Part shown: positions 22,901 through 34,900 of the stretch, piece after piece
Numbering within the stretch: position 1 is the stretch's first letter
Layout: every line of letters begins with the position of its first letter
Assembly: GCF_026571515.1 (NCBI RefSeq)
Contig: NW_026864768.1
Location: 124,001 to 188,000, forward strand
Source of the DNA: Ruditapes philippinarum
Taxonomy: Eukaryota
DNA: 64,000 nt
Direction of reading: 5' to 3'
Notes under the pieces: generated by a model
What the model was told of the DNA's origin: nothing
Databases searched by the model: none
The model's input: only the letters and a program-made list of their open reading frames with translations
Made by a program: the position numbers and the translations under genes

Positions 22901-25900
22901 GATGTTCTTCCCGTATGATAAACGTAGTGAATGGATCTACAGGGGATCCACAAGATTAGAACCTCTTTATACCGCACTCGTATGTATTTTGGTTTCAGAT
23001 ATATATTTATGTAATACCAATCCATGTATAAGTTTTTTATCATGATGGTTCAAGCCTCGGAGTTAATGTTAAAATATGAAAATATTTAGGGACTGTAGAA
23101 GAATGAAAATGAAAGGCTTTTCTATGAGTTTCAAACATGGTCTCATTGTTTTAACTATCAATCGTGCAAACAGAATAACTCTTATCTAAACATGTTCTTG
23201 AATAAACATTAGATAGTAATTGTTATAGTTTTCTTATATTTTGCCAGTGTTATTAATGTGAAAAGATGAAAAAATAACAAATGTCATAGTCGATACACAA
23301 GTATTAAATCAAAGATATGGAGAGCCAGAACTTCATTTAATGTTTATCATTTCTTTGATGAGCAAATGTATGAATATGAACCCTTAACCTGCTCTTGTAT
23401 TTTGATACTGTAATATTTTGAACATCAAATGAATTGTTCCAAGTTAAAAGCAGGGCAAACTCATTACACAATAACGACAGGTTGATAGTTTAACTTTTAT
23501 ATCATATAAGATGTAGTAGCTTAAGAGATGTGTAACATTTTTACAGGCTAATGCAGAAGCAAACAGAAATGCTGGTAAAGTCAAGAGACATAACCTAACT
23601 GTAGCAGGGCCAAAGAAACCAGTTGTAGAATATACACGAAACAACAGCTCTGATAATAGTAAGCCAATCTTACCATTGATATTTGTGTATTTTTTTCTCC
23701 TACATTTACCTTAACTACAGTTGAGCTAAGGACCTTCTTTAGATAAGATTAGATAAGAAAACATGTCAGTTTAGACACAGGCAACATCTTTGTTCATGTT
23801 TTCATCAGATATTGTGCATTAATAATTTCAGAGACCACATATCAACTAAAACCACATTTAATATATTTTCAAGAGGGGTCCGTATTTGTATTTCTGTAAA
23901 ATAAAAATGACTTATGCTCGTAAGTTATACTTATATATTAACAAACAGTGCCTTGTATATATTATTATCATGTATTTTAGATTCACCAGCTAAAGCTGAT
24001 AAGAAGAAGTCTGTAGCTAAGAAGAGTACAACACAGGGGTCAACACTAAACACAGGTCAGATATGGGAGGCTCCGTGGATCAAAATAAAGAAAGATAAAG
24101 GCGGGGCTGAGGATAAGAAACCCTCCCTTAAAGTACAGTCTCAAGGTAACACTTTGACATAAGATTAATTATTGTGATGAAAGGGAATATTGAACAGCTG
24201 ATAAATCTACTTTCTGAAAGTCCCCAGTACTGTTCTAAATATTTAAGCATGGTGACAACCCCAGGAGCTCTCAGACCCTAGGTTGCTACGTTTAGAGGCA
24301 GACATCTTAATCACTTTGTCATCTCTCCTGTAAAAAAAGTTGTCTTTTGTAAAAAGAAAAATCTTCTTTAATTGTTATTTAGCTAGCAAAAAAATTCAAA
24401 TAAATGAATTTTAGATCCACCAATTTACCATTTGATTAAGCCATGACTATATATTAGGTTTATTCTGTATCTGTATAATATAAACACCTGGATAAGGGCC
24501 TTGGATTCATTACAGAACGTTGCCAATGCTAGTTTGGATGTTTTTTGGGCACAAATTTCACAAACATAAGAAAAATGTTTTTGCCTCATTTATGGGGTAA
24601 ACTGTATTATGTTTAATGATTCTTTACAGATAAGTTTACAACATCTACAATCAGTAGTGGTGGTAATACTAGTAAGAGCAGTAAAGATATGGCAACAGTA
24701 TTACAAGAAAGGCTTGCTCCATCAGAAGATGCCGGAACTGTTGGTAGGTTGTCTCTTTGTCCCCTTTGTCCATATCTGTATGTATGCTGTTTTGTCCGTC
24801 TGTGAACATTAATAATACAATGGTTTATTTGGCTTAGAAAACAGTATATGACAATATATTTTCAAATATTTGCACATAATATAGATAGTTTATGGCTTAG
24901 AAGACAACAGTACTTTTTATTTCATACATTTTATTGTCTAAAAAATATTTTGTATGACTTAAAGTACAATAATGATAACGGAGATTGCATCATGATAACA
25001 TACTTGTCATCACCTTAGTGCAGTAATGGGTTCAGTCCTTCTAAATTTAATAGGAGTTAACTAGTTATTGCACTAAGGTGACAATTTGTTTTTGCTACAT
25101 ATATCTCCAATTGTTGTTCTAATACTTACTTATAGCTACTTATGTGGCCAGAGGAACAATAGATTACAGTAAATTTACTCATCCAGTAGCTCTTATACAA
25201 CTTATTCATTCTCTTTTTATGGCTATAAGCACAATTGAGTGATTATTTAGTACATAAGCCATCTTAGTTTTTCATATCTTATTTTCTTTCTAATTGTAGG
25301 GGAATAAGATTTTAAATATAGTATCATTAATGATAACACTGTGTGAAATGATATGAACAAATATGGAAGTCAGATATATAGTATTTAAATGCTCAAATGA
25401 CTGACAATTATTGGGTATTATGATCACACATTGTTGAATTATACACGAATATAAAAGAAAATAAAAGCTGTATTCATAGTGGGAATCTGTATAGTCATTT
25501 TCTTAACTCCATTAGTGCTATCAGCTGTTTACAACATAAACCTCCAGTTTAAAGTGACCTTCAGCTTTTCTAATGGTTAAATATGTAATTTTTAGATAAA
25601 TCATTTCATATTATGGTCAAATCAAGAGAATTCAGTTGAAAAATGAAATTTGCCGACAATAGAATACATAAACAAAAAGGAAACCCCTCGATACCTCAAA
25701 TCTACCGGTCTGCTCTTTAGTAAAGCAGACGATTCATTTCCCGATCTTGTATTTTTAGAAAAAAACCTTCACTAAGTTGTTATGAATAGCTCTCATCTTA
25801 AATATCTCTAGAGATGGTGTTTAGAAGAAAGCTTAACAGTGATATGATACACTTTTTCAAGATAAAATTACTGAAATACATAGTTTAAGGCAACATAAAT

Positions 25901-28900
25901 GCCATATTACCCTGCACATCAATAAAGTCTGACAAGGCTACTGTTTGCTGATAAATTAAAAAAAAATTTAATATTAAAAATTCAAGAAGCACAAAGCAGT
26001 ACACTGTGATCAAGTATCAAAGGTTAATATAAACTGAGCAAAATAAGACTTTGAACATTGTTTAGATTAAGTAGAATATTAACTTGGATAAAAGTAAATT
26101 AATTTAATTCTGTTAATATTGGTTGCCAGTTAGTTTTAACTTGATATACAACTTAAAATTGTCCAATGATAATTAATGATTCAAAGAATTTGCTTAAAGC
26201 ATTGTGATATGAATTTTGTGTTATTCTATTACATTAAGAGACTTAAATATTTATTTTCAAGGGAAAAGTAAGTAAATGTTTAAACTTTGTTTTGTTATTT
26301 TTGTTCTTGCATTATTTATTTTTAGCTCGACTTTTCTATGAAAAGGGGAGCTATCCTACTCGCCCCGGCGTCGGCGTCGGCGTTAGCGTTAGCGTTGGCG
26401 TCACACCTTGGTTAAGTTTTTCGTACCACCCCACTTTATTTCAGAAGTATTACAAGTATGGCTTTGAAACTTACCATACTTGTTCACCATCATAACCTCC
26501 ATCTACAGACAAGAGAACTTAACTCTGTCAAGGTTTTTGACAGAATTATGGCCCTTTTTTGACTTAGAAAGTGTATTGAGCTTGGTTAAGTTTTTTGTAC
26601 CACCTCACTTTATTTCAAAACCATTGGAGGTATTGCTTTGAAACTGACCATACTTGTTTACCATCACGACCTTCATCAACAGACAAGAGGACATAACTCT
26701 GTCAAGGTTTTTGACAGAATTATGCCCCTTTTTGACTTAGAAAATACATTGAATATGGGTAAAATCCACTTATTGCCTTAACCCTTTGAGATATTGCTTT
26801 GAAACTTTTAATGCTATTTCACATCATTACCCCCATCTGTACGCAAGAGAAGGTAACTCTGTCAAGGATTTGTTTTAAAAATTAAGGCCTTTTATCGACT
26901 TAGAATCTTGGTTAAGTTTTTTGTACCACCTCACTTTATTTCAAAACCATTGGAGGTATTGCTTTGAAACTGACCATACTTGTTTACCATCACGACCTTC
27001 ATCAACAGTCAAGAGGACATAACTCTGTCAAGGTTTTTGACAGAATTATGCCCCTTTTTGACTTAGAAAATACATTGAATATGGGTAAAATCCACTTATT
27101 GCCTTAACCCTTTGAGATATTGCTTTGAAACTTTTAATGCTATTTCACATCATTACCCCCATCTGTACGCAAGAGAAGGTAACTCTGTCAAGGATTTGTT
27201 TTAAAAATTAAGGCCTTTTATCGACTTAGAATCTTGGTTAAGTTTTTAGTACCAGTCCACTTTTTGACTGAACTGTTTGAGATATTAATTTGAAAGTTGG
27301 AATACTTGTTTACAATCATGATTCCCAAACATGTCCAGGAGAAGGTAATTCTGTCAAAGATTTTATTTGAATTATGGCCCTTAACTGTCAATGTTTTGTA
27401 TTATAGGCAAGCACTAAAAAAGTCGAGCGCGCTGTCTTACGGACAGCTCTTGTTTCAATCACTAGTGCACAAATTTATTTGACCAATCATGGTTAATTTG
27501 CTGAGTTATTTGAATACAGAATTACAGTGTGATGTATTTTTATTCCAGTTTTCACAAGCAGTATGTAAAATTATAAAATAAAAATGTTGGTGGTTTCAGG
27601 CTATTGTGCAGTAATATCAATTTTAATGTTTGTAGTTTAATAGTTTGGTATAATTTACATGAATTGATATTAATGTCAAAGGCATATTTGTTTTAAAAAG
27701 GTAAAAACGTTACTTGATGTTAAGGTTATTGGAAGTTATCAGTTTTCTGACATTAATATAAAGAATAGGCAATGTCTTTCTTTTATACATGATTGTATAT
27801 TCATTCACAATAGCCTATTAACTACATGTATAAAAAAGATGTATGAGTTGTTTTGTTGATTTATTTTAGGGGTTTATTTTAATGATAAAAACTACTTTTT
27901 ACACAAATATCTCTAGCAATTTTCTCATTTATATACATTTTGAGGGGAAATTTATTTGGTAGTTAAAATTTCACTGGTTTATGAGGGAGAAAAAACCCTC
28001 ATGGGCAACTTTTGGTTTTTATATAAGATCGAATAATTTTCTTTCAAAATTTGGAAAGACTTAACGTTATTATATATTTATTATCAGTATATATGAATTT
28101 CTGAGGCATTATGTGCCTTTAGCAATCGATATCTCAAATGATTTAAGAAAAATTTCAATCAGAAAGCAAATTTCTGTTTTACAAATATTTTTTAAATGTT
28201 CATATGATCATCATATTTAGTCTATAGAATAGCTATACCCTCAATGCAAGTTTAAGATAAGAAATATTTTACCCATGAGCCACATACTTACTGAAATTTA
28301 GTCAGTATTACATGTACTTAGATTTCAAACAAAATTTAAAAATGTAAAAAGATAAAAAAGAATTATATTTACTTAATTGTGGTGTCTATAGTTTTAGAAT
28401 GATATACAAGTACAGTGCAATCTCTGCAATGTGGCCCTTTATAGAGCAATATCCTTTTAATAACAGCCTAAGACTTAACAAATTATATATCAAACCACTC
28501 TTGAGCAACATCTTTCAGCAACAACCAAAATATTTGTTTCCCAAAGGATGTTGCTCGGGCAACGTGGCTGAGTGGTTAACGTGTCAGACTAGTATAGTAG
28601 TAATGTAAGGATTGCTGGCCAAGTAGGTTCAAACTGTGTCAGGGGCAATATTTTGTTTCCTTGAGCAAGAAACTTTACATTCTTTGCTTGGTACTGGTTA
28701 GTTCCAGGCACAGATTCAGAGTGTTTCAATAAGCTTACAGCTTCCAACACAATCAAACAAAAATTTATTTGTATAAACTAAACTAAAGGGTGTTGCTGTG
28801 CAGAGATTGTACTATGTGTGTACATGTTGGAAATGAATAAAGATTATATGTATGACTTTATGTGTTTCAGATCTGGAATCATTTGGTACCAGACGGGACC

Positions 28901-31900
28901 ATATTATATCTGCCAAAGATAAGATACATAAAAAGATGGGTAATTGAATTTTCATTTAGCATTATGGATATCTCATTGAATGTGTAGTACATGTTACAAA
29001 CCTTCAGAAAAGATTAAATATGAAGTGATCTGCAAGATATTATTCCCAGATTAATTCTTGTATTAAGTAAATTCATAGAAAAGTTTTTATTGTTTTCTGA
29101 AATTGGAATCAAAAGCTCTACATTTCTGTGGATTTGAATATCATTGGAAAATTTGAATTATTTTATGTATCAAATGGGAAAAAGAGAGTTAGTTGTTTCT
29201 ACCTAGTTACCTGCAGATACCTCTTGTCTCATCAGCTGAATATGGCCTTAACATTTTAGCATGGTTTGTGTTACATATTATTTAACAAAAAGAATATTTA
29301 TTGTTACTTATGAAACCTTATACAGCTGTTCGATGTCTTTTTTTATGCCAAATAATATTGTCCTCTTTATTTTAGTGAAACATGTATGTAGCAGAAAATG
29401 TTTGAATAACATAAATGATGATCCCGAAAAATTGAAGGGGAATAATCCATTACTTATACCACTGTTTTATGGATGGGAAAGGTAATTGACAACTTAAACC
29501 TTTCTTCCATTCACCTGCTTATTCTGGAAAATTAGAATGCTATATTTATAAAATTTTAATGTAGTTTTATTTTACTTCCTAATTCCCTGCTATATTGGAA
29601 TGGGAATTATAGGAATTGACACTGTATGTTAGTCCGTCCTTTAAACTACTTAAAAGCTTATTTTAAATCACTTGGAAAATGTGATAAGTGAAAAATCCAG
29701 GTTGCTTCTTTCAAGGTCTTACTTAGGGGATGGTTAAAGCATGAAAATTGTATTATGGCAGGAGATAAAACTGTCCTTCAGACTGCCTTGTTGGCATTAA
29801 CAACAAATACTGCAATACAGGACAATGTTGTCATAAGACTTATCTAGTTGACCTTCCATTGTGGTCAATTTGAGTGAATTATCTCTCAGTTAACATAATT
29901 TTGGTGAATAATTGAAGTTTTATGACCTTGACAGCTGTATTATGTAAGTAACTGTTTATATCTAGAAACAGCCTGTTACCTTACAGAAGGCTATTTGTTC
30001 TAGTCATATGTCTGTTTATGACTTAAATAATTCACGAAATGGATTCTGGTGTCTTCCTCAACTTTTATTGGTTTAAAAGATGCCATGTGACCTTGAAGAT
30101 AGTTTTGTTAGTTAGAAAACTTGTGTAAATATTTAACCATTTTATTAATCATACAGGCATGTAGCAAAGACAAAACCATATGGAAGACGGGTTGTGTTTT
30201 ATCGTGCACCATGTGGGAGACGTTTACGTAATCTAGATGAGGTGGATTCATTCCTTGAAATTACAAAGAGTGGTCTAAGTATTGACAACTTCTGTTGTGA
30301 TGCAGAACTACATGTACATCATGAATTTATTCCTGTCAAGGTCAGAACTTCGTACTCTTACCTTTATTATTATCACTTTGTCAAAGTCAGAACTTCGTAC
30401 TCTTACCATTATTATTATCCCTTTGTCAAGGTCAGAACTTCCTACTCTTACCTTTATTATTATCCCTTCGTCAAGGTCAGAACTTCCTACTCTTACCTTT
30501 AAAATTTCAACTCACCAAGGTTGGGAATTATTACTTTTACCTTTATAGTCTTTTTCTTATGTAAACCATTTGATATGCATGCAAAAGGACACTAGATTAC
30601 AGCCTCTGCTAAATTTTTACATGAAAACAGAAAAGAAAAGGAAATTGAAAAGCTATTTTCTGAGATTGATCTGATTTATAGCCTGGTTACTAGGTCCTCC
30701 ATGACCAAATGGTTAAGGTTGCTGACTTTTCCCTCACCACAATTGGCTTGATTTACCACTAGGGGTTTTGATTTTTTCCTGTGAGACTACTATTGTGCCA
30801 GGATATTTGGGGTTGGTGATTCTAAAGCTCAACTAAAATAAAAATATTTCATTATTTTCAGACATTTTGTGACATTAAAGATATATCCTATGGCAAGGAG
30901 AATGTGGTTATATCATGTGTTAATGGTATAGATAGACAATATCCAGACTATGTCGACTATTCTAATCAGCGTATTCCTGCCTCAGGGGTCAAATTAAATC
31001 TTGACCCCAACTTCCTGGAATGTTGTGATTGCGAGGACAACTGTAGGGTAAGATTGAATTTGTGATTTATTTTTTGTTCCATTCTTTGTAATAACGTCTT
31101 TATTTCAAATTGTTGTAAATTTGTTCAAGAAATGCTACAAATAAGAAAAAATTTTGATATGATTTCATAACAATTATTGTTGAAAGTTTATAGACAAAAA
31201 TGTGTAATTTAATACAATATTATAGTAAATAATAAACAGATAATTAAAATCTTTGGGTATAAGACAAGGCATAAATTAGAGGTTTTCTTTCTTAAGATTT
31301 ACCTGCAGGATAAGTTTTAACTTCACAGTAATAACTTCACTGTGATTTTTATGAAACAATGCATGACATGTACTGAATATACATGTATGACATTTTTATG
31401 AAATATAAAGATATGATAAATGTTATAATTTGTTATCAGGACCGTACGAAGTGCCGATGTCAGCAGCTGACAATCGAGACGTCTGCTGTTATAAATGGAG
31501 GGAAACCAATCCCTGATGCTGGGTACCATTATAGACGCTTACAAGAGCCGCTTCTGTCCGGGTATGTTAAAATTAACATATTTTAATGGATATGCATTAT
31601 TTTTATAATTACTTAACCATGTTAAAGAGGCAATTCAGGCAACAACTCGGGCACTTTGGTGTGAGCCCTGCTTTAATGTAGCACCATGCTGTATTGGCTA
31701 GCAAAAGCTAAGTATTATTATATATAATGAAATGACTTGTACATTATAATGTTATATTACAGGGTGTATGAGTGCAATTCACGATGTAAATGTGACAATC
31801 GATGCCGTAACAGGGTCGTACAAAATGGCCTATCTAACAGACTTCAGGTGTTTAAAACAGAAAAAAGGTTAGTTAACTTTTTGAAAAGAACTTATAACAG

Positions 31901-34900
31901 CCTCAGTTACATTGTTCTGTGGTCAGAATTCTGTTAAAACTGGCTTAGAAGTCAATAGAACAACAGTAACATCTACTCAATTAACTACATAACTTAAAAA
32001 TGATCAGCATGCCGGTCTCTTGAGTGAGCTATATATGAATTGTTTACTGTTTTAATTTGTGTAATGGATTTGTCCAGCTTTAAATTTGAACAGTACATTT
32101 GAAATTTAAGGGATTTTAATATCAAAATACATGTACTAAAATTGAGCTACTAATTGTAAAGAGCCTGGCCAGACTGAAGGTTGACCTGGCTCTATAGTAG
32201 GGGCAAAGACGAGTCCTTCCCAGTTCCAGCAGGCAAAGGGTTTAAGATATTGTTTTGAACCTCATCAAGTGACATCAATGTTTGTATATTTTACAGAGGT
32301 TGGGGTTTACGTTGCCTTGACGACATTCCAAAGGGAGGTTTTATTTGTATCTATGCAGGCCAGTTGTTAACAGATCAAGGTGCGAACGAGGATGGACAAC
32401 AATATGGAGATGAATATTTAGCTGAACTAGACTATATAGAGGTAATAATTTAGCAGCTGGGCCTTTATGGTTTTAGGGCAAGACAACACAATAGAGTTTT
32501 TTGCTAGATATTTATTTGGTGTAGTTTATACAAAATAAGAACAAGAAAAATGGGCCTGAAAAGAAAATAAGGCATTATAAATATATTACAAACAATATTA
32601 TTGTTTAAGTTTTACTTAAAATTTATAATAGTTTGTTTTTCAGGTTGATGTTTTAAATTAGCACTGCTACAATAATTGTCATGATTCCTTCTTTTCTTAT
32701 TGGTATGGAATTCATTAATTGCCAAAGGATCAAGTAAAAGTAATTTGTTTGTAATATATAAACATAACTTGAATGTATATTTGGTACCTGGATATTATGT
32801 AGAATGTTAGTACAAATAGAAATAAACATTGTTGCAGTAATAACATTCTTAATAGTATCCATGAAAAAAACAAATAGATAAAATAAATGAGGTTAAGAAT
32901 TTTATTTATCACAATATATTATCAAATATGATGTTGCGAGAAATGAGACAAAAATTAATTTAGCTCGGATGTGACTTTGGTTCCTTTAACTTTCAGAATT
33001 GGATAGGTTGAAATGGTTTTAGGATTTTGAAAATTCATTTCTTTAGTTATGACAAGAAAGGAATTATTTACTGTTTCATTGATCATGCATATATATTCAT
33101 TGGTTATGTTGAGAAATGATTGTTTATTGATGAAGCATATATTTACATAATTATTTCTCTGATTATGTTGAGAATGGATTGTTTCATTGTTGAAGCATAT
33201 ATTTACATGGTGATTTGTTACAGGTTGTTGAGAGACAGAAGGAAGGTTATGAGAGTGATGTAGAAGATATAGATGAAGGTATAGGAGGAGATGATGCTGA
33301 ATTTGAAACTGATGAAAGTGAAGAAGCTGGCATTGGTTCAGATTCTGATGAGTAAGTTCTTGAACATTTACTGGTTGTTAGAACTAGTTTAACACCATTA
33401 TGGTAACTGGGGCATCCAATACAGGTTTAATAACACATGTTTGCAACAAACATAATTTTGATATTGTCGTCAAAATGTGACAGTCACTGTAATGTCAATG
33501 TCCAACTTTATGAAATGTCAAAATAATTTTTGACTGTAATGTTCTTGTTTGTATTTATATTTTATCAGTGGAAGAAGTAATGGATAGGGCATCCATGGTC
33601 AATTGGTTAAGGTCTTTGACTTCAAGTTGCTTGCCCCTCACCAATCTCGGCTTGAACTCTGGATTCTTTCATGTGAGGAAGCTATCCAGCTAGCTTAAGG
33701 AACGTCAGTGGTTCTACTCGGGTGCCCATATGTGCCCATTTATAATGCAATGAAGGTCACCTTCCAAAAATATATAATTGTATTGAAAAGAATTATTGTT
33801 TCATAAATTTTCTTGTTACTATTACTATTTTTAACATGAAGTTCTTTTAACATAAGAAATTTGATTCCAAGCAGGAGATTATTTTAAGTATTATGATTAT
33901 TTTATAGGTCATTTACAGATAAAAAAGCTGGTCGCCTAGAAGAAACAGTGTCTCAAAAATTACATGTTACTAGGTAGGGCTACCAAAAAACTTTCTTAAC
34001 TTTCATTTTGTTACCATGTTGATAAAGTTAAAGGTTGTCTATCTTTATATAAAGACTAACTTTTAAGTTGTAAAAAAATATCAATATATAAAACAGTGAG
34101 AAATCTAAAAAATCTCAGCGACTTTAATTTCTTACACTGACACTTTGTTGTTTGATATAAATGTTTGATCATTTTGGTACAAAATGCAAGAAGTGAAAAA
34201 AATTATTAGATTAATGTTCAATACAAAACAAAGTTACTGTGTTAATGATTCAAATAGATATTCCGTACTATTTTGAAGTACAAGGGAGGCCATAGTTTGA
34301 TCACAGCTTGATGATAATTTCATCAGTGTCAGCATTTTTGACTCTATTTAATATTTTGTGAAATAATATTTGCATAATCTTACAAGTCCAGAAGTAATAA
34401 TCGCATTTGTGGCTTTAGGCTAATAATATTGCAAGTGTCAAATTTAAATCATACCTCAGACACAATCTCATTCTCTATTTCATACAATGCTTGTACTTTA
34501 TTACAGAAGAAAAAGTCGCCAGGAGTCGGAGAAGCAGAAGACAAGCAGAGAAGTGTAAGTACACAAGTAAATTATAAATGTATTTATCAGAAAGTTCTTT
34601 ATGTGGTTGAAACTTGAGACAAATGTTATGTACAATGTAGCTGGTATACAGAAAGTAAGTGGCATGACCAGAGTGTTAATTTGTTCTTGAAATAATAGCA
34701 TTTAGAGCCGGCATTAGTTATCTTCCAACAGCAGAAAAGCTGGAATTTTCATTATGACCTATACATTATCAATATGACTCCAAACTGTACACAAACAATA
34801 AATGAGAAAAAAGTCTCCCTGCTTTTCTGCTTAATAGAATTACTGTAAAATTTATTGTAAATACATTAGACAAAATCATTTTAATTTAACATGTTATTGA

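Larger units (their letters stand above)
19583..22979 (+). other. SETDB1: SETDB1 triple-Tudor-encoding exon block (exons 7-12)
   Basis: Translates to [24 protein letters not shown]...[46 protein letters not shown]...[37 protein letters not shown]...[12 protein letters not shown], which matches the SETDB1 Tudor signatures. Confidence 0.93.

Noticed and set aside
26292-26495. 67-aa ORF with [12 protein letters not shown]
   Set aside because: It is a translation of the HINE microsatellite.
33095-33210. Two ~60-bp tandem copies just before the exon 23 acceptor; also a 30-bp duplication at about 38535-38590 and a ~25-bp repeat at about 48510-48605
   Set aside because: These are ordinary local duplications that do not copy a splice site or alter coding sequence.
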